Source: an uncultured Acidobacteriota bacterium
Lineage (GTDB): Bacteria; Acidobacteriota; UBA6911
Assembly: GCA_963827655.1 (NCBI GenBank)
Contig: CAWHCF010000023.1
Location: forward strand, 160,001 to 224,000
Direction: 5' to 3'
Length of the DNA: 64,000 nt
Shown: positions 30,771-41,458 of the stretch, piece by piece
Numbering within the stretch: position 1 is the first letter of the stretch
Layout of the letters: each line of letters starts with the position of its first letter
Position numbers and translations under genes: made by a program
The notes under the pieces: model-generated
Databases searched by the model: none
What the model was told of the DNA's origin: nothing
Seen by the model: the letters and a program-made list of their open reading frames with translations, nothing else

Positions 30771-32271
30771 GCGCAACGATCAGATCGACCGGAATACCTC
30801 CAGCATCCACTCTTCGGGTGGAGACGATCTTCAGACCGTGAATTCCCGAAAGACCTGGGGGCCGGAAGACGACCAGCCACCCGTCATCGAGCAATACGTA
30901 GAGAGCCAGAGAATTCAATGCGGCATGGAGTCTGCGGGCCGTAGCGACGTTAGCCACGCGTCGTCCGTAGGGAGGATTTGTCAGGATAATATTCACGCGC
31001 CGACTTAGCCATTGCCGGCCGGCATCGGCCTGGGTCAGGATCACCCGGTTGAACCCCCGAAGGTTCTGACTTGCTGCTTCGAGCGCTGTCACGTCAATGT
31101 CGCCGCCAATGAGTCGGTCATAAGGACCACGAAGGGCGCGCTCGGCGAGCAGAACGCCGCTGCCGCAGAACGGGTCCAGGACGATATCCGTCGCATCCAC
31201 AGGCACACAGCGCGCCGCCGCTGCCGCCAATGTAGGGTGAAGGGAAGCAGGAATGTCGGCCTCTCGATAAAGGAATCGATCATCTTTCACCATCGGTCGG
31301 CAACCCAACAAAATGCCTCGTTTGTACCGTCGAACAATGATTTCCCAGGAGTAGCCAGTCGCCGCATTCACCAAGCCGCGACACGCAGCGGCAAATTGTG
31401 AAATCCAATCCCGCTTCCGAGGCCGCCCAGGAAGTACGTTCTGCAGCGTGAGTCGGTAACGCGGAGTGTCCGATCCGGTTAGTCTGGCAAGTTCTTTGGC
31501 GGCAGATGATGAAGAAAAATGCTGACCTAGAACCGAGGGGTCGAGAGCATCATCTTCGAAGGTGATTACTGGGAAGAGCGCAGTTCGAATCGGCAGAAGC
31601 TGAGCCAGAGTTGGCGCGCCACCGATCACGACTCTATCGACTCCAGTCGCCCTCACTTGGAGACTTCGGTCGACAACTTCCTCTGCCACCAGATTGCCGA
31701 GTCCGCTACGACACCATAGTTCCACACCGGCTCCTAACTTGATGGCGATCTGGGTATCTATAGGGTCGGCCACACCAGCCGCACCGCGGAAACGGTCGAA
31801 TACCTTCTGAACGGCGGCCTTTTCACTTTGCGTGTCGAAATCGATCGACTTCAGAATCGTGACATCTTCCGCTAATGCGACCTTTCCGAACGCCAGGACC
31901 AACGATACTCTGACTCGCTCGTCAGTTTCCTTGTTCAGTGCCTCGACAATATGGGCTAGCGATGCTCGATCTTCCAGTTTTCCCAGACCTACCGCCGCAT
32001 TGCGGCGAACTTTCCAATCTGCATCTTGGAGAGCTTCTTCCAAGGCACCTTCAATTTCCGATTCAGACACCTCTTTCGTAGAAGCGATTTCCCCGAGCAG
32101 AAACGCGGCCCGGCGGCGGATCGGTGCCGGTGATTCGCCAATTGCGCGTATCAGGGAAGGCACTGCCCGAGATCTTTTTTGCAGAAGTAAAAGCCCGGCA
32201 GAGTTCGCGGTTTCGGGATTGGTGCTGCCAAGTTCTAAAAGAAGCCGTTGAATATCCTGATCGTCTTGCAA
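30754..32271 (-). CDS. HEAT-repeat + SAM-dependent methyltransferase (RlmL/TrmN/Trm14-like amino-MTase)
   Basis: N-terminal HEAT repeats (RRRAAFLLGEI, WKVRRNAAVGLGKL, RVRVSLVLAFG); C-terminal PASLHPTLAAA, LDPFCGSG, TNPPYG. Confidence 0.8.
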   Translation of the reverse strand: MQDDQDIQRLLLELGSTNPETANSAGLLLLQKRSRAVPSLIRAIGESPAPIRRRAAFLLGEIASTKEVSESEIEGALEEALQDADWKVRRNAAVGLGKLEDRASLAHIVEALNKETDERVRVSLVLAFGKVALAEDVTILKSIDFDTQSEKAAVQKVFDRFRGAAGVADPIDTQIAIKLGAGVELWCRSGLGNLVAEEVVDRSLQVRATGVDRVVIGGAPTLAQLLPIRTALFPVITFEDDALDPSVLGQHFSSSSAAKELARLTGSDTPRYRLTLQNVLPGRPRKRDWISQFAAACRGLVNAATGYSWEIIVRRYKRGILLGCRPMVKDDRFLYREADIPASLHPTLAAAAARCVPVDATDIVLDPFCGSGVLLAERALRGPYDRLIGGDIDVTALEAASQNLRGFNRVILTQADAGRQWLSRRVNIILTNPPYGRRVANVATARRLHAALNSLALYVLLDDGWLVVFRPPGLSGIHGLKIVSTRRVDAGGIPVDLIVARRRAG

Positions 32272-32504
32272 ATCTTGGAAGCCCCTTTTGTTCTGTCGCT
32301 ACGGATCCGCAACGGATACTACCAAAGTGGAGCCAGGCTGTTTGGGTCGGACGACTTGCGCAACATTATTTTGAAACATAGTCCGGGAAGATCCTACTCC
32401 AGACTGATAGCCCTCTCCACGGAGAGGATGCGCTTCGCAATAGGCCATCCGGGTCCAACTATGTTATTCTCCCAACGGCACCGAAAAGCAATTTCCCATT
32501 CCTA

Positions 32505-32621
32505 GGAAAGGTGATGCAAAAGATGAACGCCGACTCTGTCGCCGACCTTGTGAAAATGGCAATGAGACTCGGCCTCATATCCGCGCGGAATCCGTGGCAC
32601 GCCTCACACGAGCACGACTGA
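32505..32621 (+). pseudogene. FixJ/LuxR response regulator C-terminal fragment
   Basis: GKVMQKMNADSVADLVKMAMRLGL. Confidence 0.6.
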
Positions 32622-32669
32622 GCTGTTCAATTGGCAGGGCTACATCGAGTCCTCTAGGGTTGCGTCACC

Positions 32670-33020
32670 GCTTGGGAAGGGGTCCAGCGACCACCTGCTG
32701 CTGTTGAACGAATCGAGAGCGCCCGGTCGCCCGCCTCGTCCCCGCTTCCGAAGAGAAGGACACGCTGCGCATCCGAAAGCCTTTGAAAGATCCGGCCGGG
32801 TTGGTCGGTCTGCTGAACGTTCCGCCAGTGAAAGGCCGGCGAGCCGATAGTCTCAAGCTGTGCTCGAAGACCGACGGAAGCGCTAGGTGCCTCGTTTCCC
32901 GAGGCGGGAAAATCTCGCCTGCTCTCTCTGGCAATGCTTCAGGCGGTGTCTGGCTGGCGCTCGCTTCAGCGCCGGACCGATTACGCTTCGCGATCCGCTT
33001 CACCGCCGAGCAAAGCAGGG
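32670..33020 (+). pseudogene. Possible degraded Phd/YefM antitoxin, perhaps with a toxin remnant
   Basis: Fragment NRERPVARLVP...LRIRKP...DSLKL resembles Phd-type antitoxins; broken by stops and frameshifts. Confidence 0.3.
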
Positions 33021-33284
33021 ATGCTCTTCGGCGGCCGGGAGGATCACGGCGATCGTGCCGAATCCCTGCCGGAACGGCCATCATAGGCGTGCCGCAATGC
33101 GCTTTGGCGCCCTGCCCGACCATCAGGGTTTGAGTCCGAGGTGTAATCATCGAGCGTATCTTGAAGAGGGCGCCGCCAGGAGCCGATCTCAAGAGCTGGC
33201 GCTATTGATTCTGCGCGTGTGACACATGCCAGGCCCAACCGAAACTTGGAAAATCCAAGCTCACCGGAGATGCAGGAGGTTCAG

Positions 33285-35774
33285 ATGAAAACCAGAACGC
33301 TCGCCTTCACCGTCGCGCTTATCCTCGCCGCAGCGGCGGTGCAATTCGGACAGACACTCCCGCAAGACCCGAACGCATCGCGCTACCTGACGCCGCCGAG
33401 AGTCATCGTCGACATTCTGGACGCGCCCCCGACGCCGGGGGTGATCGTCTCCCCCGACCGTCATACGATCGCTCTGCTCGACCGGCGCAGCATGCCCACG
33501 ATTGCCGAGCTTGCGCAGCCGATTCACCGCATCGCGGGCGCGCGCATCAATCCGAAAACCAACGGGCGCCAGCAACGCAGCGGGGGCATCGTCGCCATCA
33601 CGTTGAGATCGATTTCCGGCGGGACGGAAAGGAAAGTCAACGTGCCGCCAGATCCGAATATTGGCGGCGTGAGCTTCGCTCCCGACGGTAAGCGGCTCGC
33701 CTTCACCAACACGAAAGAGAACGGCATTGAGCTGTGGGTCGCTGACACGGCGACGGGACAGTCGAAGCTCTTGAGCGGAACGGATCGACTGAACGGAGCT
33801 ACCGGTGATCCGTGTGACTGGCTGGAAGACAGCGTCACCCTGTTGTGCCAGTTCGTTGCCCGCAGGCCGCGGATCGGCTCCAGCCGAGCCGAGCGCGCCC
33901 ACCGGCCCCAATGTTCAGGAGAATCACGGCAAGGCGGCGCCGGCGCCGACCTACGAGGATCTGATCAAGACCAGTCATGACGAGAACCTCTTCGAGCACT
34001 ACTTCACCGGCCAGCTCGCGACCATCGACGCCGTTAGCGGGCGCAAGACCGCGATCGGCGTGCCGGCAATCCTGGAAAACGTTTCGGCATCGCCGAGCGG
34101 CGAATATCTCCTCGTGTCGAGAATCAAGCGGCCGTTCTCGCGGCTGGTGCCGATGAGCGGGTTCCCCAAAGACATCGAGATCTGGAACCGCCGAGGGGAC
34201 GCCGTGAAGAAGATCGCTGACCTGCCGTCCAGCGAAGGCACGCCCATCAACGGCGTGCAGCCGGGACCGCGCGGCTTTCGCTGGCGTCCGGATCAGCCCG
34301 CGACTGATCACGTGGGTCGAGGCCCTGGACGAGGGAAATCCCAGGAACAACGTGCCGTTCCGCGACAGGATCGTCGCGCTCGCGGCGCCGTTCTCGGGCA
34401 CGCCGGTCGAGCTCGCCAGGACGGAATGGCGTTTCGGCGGGCTTTCATACACCGAGAAGGGCATCGGTCTGCTGACCGAATCCGATCGCCGGACGCGCCA
34501 CACCCGGACCTGGATCGTCGAGGCCGGTGCGCAGCCTCGCAAAGCTGTGGGACCGCAGGCAGCAGGACGCCTATGGCAACCCCGGCTCCCCCATCTTCAG
34601 GAGGGACAGCGGCGGTGGCGGCGGCGGCGGGGGCGGACGGCGGCGGCGGAGGCCGGGGCGTGATTCTGCAGCATGGGGACTATATCTATCTGACCGGAAC
34701 GGGCGCGTCGCCGGGGGGCGATCGGCCGTTCCTCGATCGGCTCGACCTGAAGACACTCAAGACCGAGCGGCTCTTCCGCTGCGCCGAGAAAACTTACGAG
34801 TCGGTCATCGCGCCGCTCGATGACGAAGCGAAAACCCTGCTCACCGAATACGAGACGCCGGCGGATCCGCCGAACTACTACGTGCGCAACCTCGCTGCCG
34901 GGACAAAGCGCGCCATTACGCAGTTCAAAGATCCGGCGCCGCAGCTCGCCGGCGTCGCAGAAACAGTTCGTCACCTACCAGCGAAAGGACGGCGTGAAGC
35001 TTTCGGGCACGCTGTACCTGCCGCCCGGCTACAAGAAGGGCGAGCGGCTGCCGCATGCTGATGTGGGCGTACCCGCGCGAGTTCACCGACACGGACACGG
35101 CCAGCCAGGTCACGGGCTCGCCCTATCGCTTCACCCGGGTGAGCGGCACGTCGCACCTGTTCCTGCTGACCCAGGGCTACGCTATCTTCGACAATCCCAC
35201 CATGCCGATCGTGGGAGCGGGCGAGACCGCGAACGATACTTACGTCGAGCAGCTGGTCGCGAGCGCCGAAGCCGCGGTCAACCAGGTCGTGGACATGGGC
35301 GTCGCCGACCGCGACCGCATCGGCGTCGGCGGCCACAGCTACGGCGCTTTCATGACCGCCAATCTGCTGGCGCACTCGGACCTGTTCCGCGCCGGTATCG
35401 CGCGCAGCGGCGCGTACAACCGCACGCTCACGCCGTTCGGTTTTCAGAACGAGCGGCGCACATTCTGGGAGGTGCCGGAGATCTACGCGAAGATGTCGCC
35501 GTTCTGGCATGCCAACAAGATCAACGAGCCGATCCTGCTGATCCACGGCGAAGCTGACGACAACTCGGGCACGTTCCCGATTCAGTCCGAGCGGCTCTAC
35601 ATGGCTCTGAAGGGCCACGGCGCGACTGTGCGGTACGTGACGCTTCCGCACGAGGCGCACGGTTATGCGGCGCGCGAATCGGTGCTCCACACGCTGGCCG
35701 AGATGATCAACTGGATGGACAAGTACGTCAAGAACGCCGGTCCCAGGCAGCAGACAAGCGCGGCCTCAAAATAA
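33285..35774 (+). CDS. S9 prolyl-oligopeptidase-family peptidase (several frameshifts)
   Basis: Signal peptide, beta-propeller pieces, GGHSYG nucleophile, IHGEADDN, HEAHGY. Confidence 0.88.
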
Positions 35775-36340
35775 GGATCGCAATTGAGCAACCTGTACGG
35801 GTCCGTGCTTCAAAAGGCTGGTTGACAGGCCCGCATGGGCATCGCCAAGCCGGCGACATCTCTGTCCAGACCTTGACGAAAAAAATCGGCCGTTCAAGCG
35901 CATAGCCTTGGCCGTGATGAAAGGGGGGCGCCGACGTTAGCCCGCCGTCGTTGGTGAAGGGCTTATGAGAAAAAAATCCCAATTCCCGGGCCGCGTTCGC
36001 CGTCGGCTGGAGCCTCGGGGTCGAACTTCAGCCGTCGCGTCTGGTGCGGCTCGAAGACCCGTGGCTCGGGACGACGCGGACGATGAACGTCTGACGCCTG
36101 CGGCAGTTCGCAAGCTTCGCCGGGAGGTCCTTTCCACATGCGCCGGCGTAGTGAGTAGCCGCGCCTCAATCGGTCTGCTGCCGTCTCTTTGCGTCCTGGC
36201 GGTGGTTTTGTTGTCTGACCACCAAGCCTCGAAGAAACACTTCGACTAATCGCTTGACAAGCCGAAAAGCATCCGAATATCCTCCGACCAATACTAGATT
36301 TGCATGACTCAAAGCAGTGCCTCTTCGAAGGAGGGCTACC

Positions 36341-39300
36341 ATGAGATTGATCCACGTCCGCTCAACGTGTCGTTGCACCCTATCGCTTCTTACGCTTCTC
36401 GCGGCTTTCGGTGGCCGTGTGTACGGCCAGGAGGTGAACGCCTCCGTTCACGGAATCGTGCAGGACAACAGCGGTTCTGTGATCCCGGGAGTCGAGGTCC
36501 AGGTGCGCAGCCTCGACACCAACCGGGTCTTCCGGGCGCTGACCGACGAGTCGGGGAACTACAACATCACCCAGGTGCCCATCGGCCGCTACGAGGTTGG
36601 GGCCGAGCTCCAGGGGTTCAAGAAAGCGGTTGTGACCGACATCGTGCTGCGCGTTAACGACCGGCGCCGGGTCAACTTCACCCTCGAGGTCGGAGGCATC
36701 ACCGAGATAGTCACGGTGGCGGCCTCGCTGGTTGCGGTCGACACCGCCTCGGGCACGACCAGCAGCATCATGGGGAGTGAAGACCTGCTGCAGCTCCCGT
36801 CCTCGGGACGCCAGGTCATGCCCTTCTCGATGATCATGCCCGGCGTGACCGGCAGGAACACCGACACGCGGACCAGCCAGCAGCAAGCAGTCAACGGCGT
36901 CCGGCCGACGCACAACGCCTGGCTGCTCGACGGCGGCTACAACATCGACACGGGCGGAAACTGGGGCATGCCGATGGCTCCGAACATGGAGACCGTGGCC
37001 GAGTTCCGCGCCATTCGCGGCAACTACAGCGCCGAGTTCGGCATCGGCGGCGGGAGCCAGTTCAATGTCGTCACGCGCGGCGGGAGCAACGAGTTCCACG
37101 GCGCCCTCTCGTGGTACCACCGCGCCGACTGGATCAACGCCCGCAACTTCTTCTCCCCCACCAAAGAGCCCTTCCGGAACAACGATTTCGGCGGTTCAAT
37201 CGGCGGTCCCGTCATCATCCCGGGACTCTACCACGGGCGCGACAAGACCTTCTTCTTCGCCTTCTTCGGCGCGCGGACCGAGCGCAGGGAGGAGCGCTTC
37301 ACGTCCAAGGTTCCCGAGATGGCCTACCGCACCGGTGATTTCAGTACGCTGGGAACGGTCATCCGCGATCCGGCGACGGGTGAGCCTTTCCCGGGCAACA
37401 TCATCCCCGCCAACCGCATCGACACCTTCGCCAAGAACTATACGGCGGTCTATCCGGCGCCGAACTTCAGGGACAGCCTGGGCAACAACTACACGGTCTT
37501 ACAGCCGCGCAGTTTCAACCTCCCGCAGCAAAACTACCGGATCGATCACCACTTCAACGAGCGGCACCGGATCTTCGGGCGCTATGCGCGGGAGTTTCAG
37601 GAATCCGAATACTTCACCGGTCCGGGATTCGATAACTTCCTGCGCCGCGACGAGGTGCCGGTCAACAACACGGTGATCAATTTCTACTCGACCTTCAGCC
37701 CGACGCTCCTCAACGAGGTGAGCTTCACGCGCAGCCACAACCGGATCATGCAGTTCCCGCCGGAGTTCCCGCGCGACCAGTACGGTCTCAACATCCCGGA
37801 GCTGGTCCCGCAGACCGAGGAGAATTACCCGCTGGACAGCCTGAACCTGAGCACGATTCCCGACAAGGCACCCAACATCACGATCACGAACTACAGGGCC
37901 ATTGACCCGGCGGCGCCATGGAGCAACTACCAATCGATCTTCGACTTCAAGGACAACCTCACCTGGGTGCGGGGGCGGCACACGCTGAAAACCGGCTTTG
38001 ACTACGCCTACGAGAAGAAGTTCGAGCCCGCGGACACGAATGTCTTCGGCGCGTTTAACTTCGACGGCCGCTTCAGCGGCGATGGCTACTCGGACTTTCT
38101 CCTGGGCCGGGCCGTCAGCTACAACGAGTCGAGCTCCGTTTCGTTCAACGACAACCGGCGTCACGCGCTCGAGCTCTATCTCGACGACAGCTGGAAAACG
38201 AGCCGCCGTCTCACCCTCAACCTGGGTGTGCGCTACTCGTACTTCCCTCCCTCCGGCGAGCCCGACGAACGCTACCGTTTCTTCCTTCCCTCCGCCTACG
38301 ATCCCTCCAAGGCCGTGACGGTGCTGCCAAACGGCCAGATTCCGCGGACTGGCGGCGACCGTTTCAACGGCCTCGCCAACCCAAAGGACTACTGGGATTA
38401 TACTGCCTGGAACTTCGCGCCGCGCTTCGGCTTCGCTTACGACCTCTTCGGCAACGGCGTGACGGCCGTCCGGGGCGGCTACGGGATCTTCTACAGCCGC
38501 GAGATCCTGGGGGCATTCATACTGATCGCTTCGAACCCGCCCTTCCAGGAGCGGTTGGAGATCGAGAACACAAGCCTCAGCAACCCCGGCGGAGGCTCGA
38601 CCCGCAATTTCGACCTGCCGATCAATCTGAGCTCGATGGACACGAAGCAGCACACGCCGTACACGCAGCAGTGGAACCTTAACATCCAGCAGTCGCTGAC
38701 CAGGGGGACCGTGCTGGAGGTCGGATATGCCGGCTCGCGGGCGCTGCACATGATGCGTTCCCGCGACCTCAACCTGGGGCCGTTAAGCGCGGACGTTGCC
38801 GCCGGCCGGATCAACGCCGCCGCGCTCCGTCCGTACAGCGGCTGGGGGTCGATTTCGCACCGCGAACAGAGCTACGGCTCGGTGTATCACGGGCTTCAGA
38901 TCGGGTTGGACCGTCGCTTCCACGCCGGCCTGGGCATCAAGGCTGCGTACACCTGGTCGAAGGCCATCGACGACGCCGAGTTCACGGGCGGGATCTATGG
39001 TCTTTCCGCGTACTATCCCACCCACCTGAACGGGCAGAGAGGGCCGGCCACTTACGACACCCCTCACCGCTTTGTGGCAAGCTACATCTACCAGTTGCCC
39101 GGGTTTTCGAACCACAACGCCCTGGTCCGGGGCGTCCTGGGCGGGTGGTCAATCTCAGGGATCACCGTGTTCGAGACCGGATACCCGTTCACGCCGACGA
39201 TCGGACGAGACCTGGCCGGCCTGGGCGGAGCGCTCGATCAGCGGCCGCTGGTCGCCGGCAATTGGAAGATGGAGGAGCGGATCGGGACCCTGTACTTCAG

Positions 39301-39577
39301 CCCCGACGCATTCGTCCTGCCGGCAGCCGGCACGCTCGCGCCCACGGGGCGCAACTTCATGCGTCTCCCCGGTACCCATAACTGGGACCTCTCGCTGGCG
39401 AAGGACTTCTCGCTCCACGAGCGATCCAAGCTCGAGTTCCGCGCCGAGGCCTTCAACGCGTTCAACCACACCCAGTTCTCCGCGGTAGGGACGAACATGA
39501 ACGCCGCCAACTTCGGGCACGTCACCACGGCAAGGTCGCCCCGGACCATGCAGCTCAGCATGCGGATAACGTTTTAG
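36341..39577 (+). CDS. TonB-dependent receptor (Oar-like), intact
   Basis: HGIVQDNSGSVIPG, NYSAEFG, RGGSNEFHG, LDDSWK, FAPRFG, FRAEAFNAFNH, terminal F; GGAGG RBS. Confidence 0.92.
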   Translation: MRLIHVRSTCRCTLSLLTLLAAFGGRVYGQEVNASVHGIVQDNSGSVIPGVEVQVRSLDTNRVFRALTDESGNYNITQVPIGRYEVGAELQGFKKAVVTDIVLRVNDRRRVNFTLEVGGITEIVTVAASLVAVDTASGTTSSIMGSEDLLQLPSSGRQVMPFSMIMPGVTGRNTDTRTSQQQAVNGVRPTHNAWLLDGGYNIDTGGNWGMPMAPNMETVAEFRAIRGNYSAEFGIGGGSQFNVVTRGGSNEFHGALSWYHRADWINARNFFSPTKEPFRNNDFGGSIGGPVIIPGLYHGRDKTFFFAFFGARTERREERFTSKVPEMAYRTGDFSTLGTVIRDPATGEPFPGNIIPANRIDTFAKNYTAVYPAPNFRDSLGNNYTVLQPRSFNLPQQNYRIDHHFNERHRIFGRYAREFQESEYFTGPGFDNFLRRDEVPVNNTVINFYSTFSPTLLNEVSFTRSHNRIMQFPPEFPRDQYGLNIPELVPQTEENYPLDSLNLSTIPDKAPNITITNYRAIDPAAPWSNYQSIFDFKDNLTWVRGRHTLKTGFDYAYEKKFEPADTNVFGAFNFDGRFSGDGYSDFLLGRAVSYNESSSVSFNDNRRHALELYLDDSWKTSRRLTLNLGVRYSYFPPSGEPDERYRFFLPSAYDPSKAVTVLPNGQIPRTGGDRFNGLANPKDYWDYTAWNFAPRFGFAYDLFGNGVTAVRGGYGIFYSREILGAFILIASNPPFQERLEIENTSLSNPGGGSTRNFDLPINLSSMDTKQHTPYTQQWNLNIQQSLTRGTVLEVGYAGSRALHMMRSRDLNLGPLSADVAAGRINAAALRPYSGWGSISHREQSYGSVYHGLQIGLDRRFHAGLGIKAAYTWSKAIDDAEFTGGIYGLSAYYPTHLNGQRGPATYDTPHRFVASYIYQLPGFSNHNALVRGVLGGWSISGITVFETGYPFTPTIGRDLAGLGGALDQRPLVAGNWKMEERIGTLYFSPDAFVLPAAGTLAPTGRNFMRLPGTHNWDLSLAKDFSLHERSKLEFRAEAFNAFNHTQFSAVGTNMNAANFGHVTTARSPRTMQLSMRITF

Positions 39578-39612
39578 TCACGGACGTCAGAACGTGTGAA
39601 GAAATTGGTCTG

Positions 39613-40381
39613 ATAGGGGTAGGGAGGATCGATTGAGTTCGATCCCCCCTCCCTCCGAACCGGACGTGCGGATCTCCCGCATCCGGCTCTCCAGTCGGTG
39701 GTTCACCTCGAAGAGGGAAGACGTGCCATTCAGAGGCGTTGGTCAGGATCCCACACCTGCGAATGTAACTGAAAACTTTCGCGATTGGTTTCCAGTTGCC
39801 CGGATGACCAAGGCTGTCAACATGCATCTCACGTGCGCTGCCAGTTCCGGCCACGGGGTTCAACCCGTCGCTCTCTCCGACTCGCATAGCCCTTGGGCAT
39901 TAGCGTCGGTTCGTCTTCTGTCAGTCACGCATCCATGCATCCACCTCCCTGCGCTCCTTTGCTCCAGGCCCATTACGGCCCTTCCCCGCTCTTATGAGCG
40001 CTCTGACTCTGCCCGCCTGGCTCTTCGGCTCTTCCGAGCATGAACTCCGGCTCCTGCTACGAGCAGGTCTCCCTGATTCACGCACTTGATCTTCCGATCC
40101 CTCCGTCTCCAACCACCAGTCAGTCCCCCAACGTCGCTTTCGCACGCTACCCCTCAGCTCGTCGAGTCTCCCGCTTTTGCGGGTCTAGGTTTTGCCTTAC
40201 GCCAGCAGGCTCGCCGATACAGACCGGCCGAATCGAGTTCGTTATCCTACGGATGGATCGTTCACCTCCTGCTGCTCCCCACCCCGCCTCACGGCGACGC
40301 AGTTGCATTCGGTTTCAGGCCGGAGAGCGTATGCCTGGAGAGGACTTTCACCTCTCTGATCATGTGCGCTTTAAGGCGCAC
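39613..40381 (-). ncRNA. ORF-less group II intron A (769 nt)
   Basis: 5' GTGCG at 40381. Domain V GAGCCGGATGCGGGAGATCCGCACGTCCGGTTC, domain VI, ends CCCCTAT at 39613. No RT ORF. Removal restores the repeat seen intact at 23548-23610. Confidence 0.9.
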
Positions 40382-40532
40382 TGGCGACGGGTCATAGACC
40401 CGTCGCAAGTAACGTGATAGCTGAGACTTAGCCTTAAAAAGTTCATTTGTGCTACTAGGGGGCCGGACGGGCTTGATAGCCCGTCCGAACATGTATCGGG
40501 TCGTTCTGCGACGGTCTCTAATGACCCGCGCC
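40382..40532. repeat. REP-like hairpin containing MITE family 2 (40396-40517)
   Basis: Arms TGGCGACGGGTCA / TGACCCGCGCC. Inner ends AGACCCGTCGCAAG...CTGCGACGGTCT. Inner hairpin GGACGGGCTTGATAGCCCGTCC. Confidence 0.72.
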
Positions 40533-40548
40533 TCGGAACCGCCAGGAA

Positions 40549-41430
40549 ATGAGGACCAACCCCATGACTAAACTCTCAAGACTGATTCTCCTCTCCCTGC
40601 TGCTGCCGGCCGGGACAATTACGGCCGACCGGCCCGCGGAAATCCCGCTCTGGCCGAGCGGCGCACCCGGCTCGGAGGGTAAGGCGACGCGGGAGGTCGT
40701 AGCTACCTCGGAAACGGGTGAGCTGCGCGTCTCGAGCATCCACAATCCGAGCATCACGCCGTATCTCCCCGCGAAGGACAAGGCCACCGGCGCCGCAGTG
40801 CTCGTCATCCCGGGGGGCGGTCACCGGCTGCTCGCGATAACCCACGAGGGTTACAACGTGGCGGAGTGGCTGGCCGAGCGCGGCATCGCCGCTTTCGTCC
40901 TCAAACACCGTCTGGCGCGCGAGCCGGGCTCGACCTATCAGGTGGAGGTCCACTCGCTCCAGGACACGCAGCGCGCCCTTCGTCTCATCCGCAGCCGCGC
41001 CGCGGAGTGGGGGGTGGATGCCGCGCGCCTGGGCGTGATGGGCTTCTCGGCCGGCGGCGAGCTCGCGGCGCTCGCCAGCATGCGCTTCGACAATGGCATC
41101 GAAGGCGCCGCCGACGCTGTCGACCGGCAGGGCTCAAAGCCCGCCTTCCAGGCGCTGATCTATCCCGGCGCCTCGAGCAAGATCGTTCCCGCCAAGGACT
41201 CGCCACCGGTGTTCCTGGCGTGTGGCTATGGTGACCGGCCCGACATCTCCGAAGGCCTGGCGACCGTGTATCTCGCGTTCAAGAAGGTCGGCGTTCCGGC
41301 GGAGCTCCACATCTACGCCGGCGCCGGACACGGCTTCGGCTTGCGCGCGTCCAATCGCACTCCGGCCGCGAGCTGGCCGGAGCGCTTCAAGGATTGGCTG
41401 GCGGACCGCGGGTTCTTGGGCAAGTCCTGA
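40549..41430 (+). CDS. Alpha/beta hydrolase (carbohydrate esterase-like), secreted
   Basis: IPLWPSGAPG, PGGG, GFSAGG, ELHIYAGAGHGFG. Confidence 0.9.
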   Translation: MRTNPMTKLSRLILLSLLLPAGTITADRPAEIPLWPSGAPGSEGKATREVVATSETGELRVSSIHNPSITPYLPAKDKATGAAVLVIPGGGHRLLAITHEGYNVAEWLAERGIAAFVLKHRLAREPGSTYQVEVHSLQDTQRALRLIRSRAAEWGVDAARLGVMGFSAGGELAALASMRFDNGIEGAADAVDRQGSKPAFQALIYPGASSKIVPAKDSPPVFLACGYGDRPDISEGLATVYLAFKKVGVPAELHIYAGAGHGFGLRASNRTPAASWPERFKDWLADRGFLGKS

Positions 41431-41458
41431 GCCTCAATCGGCGGATCGGCTGACTTTG

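Noticed and set aside
34601-34660. GGC-rich tract as a contingency repeat
   Set aside because: Encodes a Gly-rich loop inside the S9 peptidase; the local frameshift is more simply a sequencing error.
35800-36330. Short ORFs or a riboswitch upstream of the second TonB receptor
   Set aside because: No recognisable protein motif or riboswitch consensus could be supported by eye.
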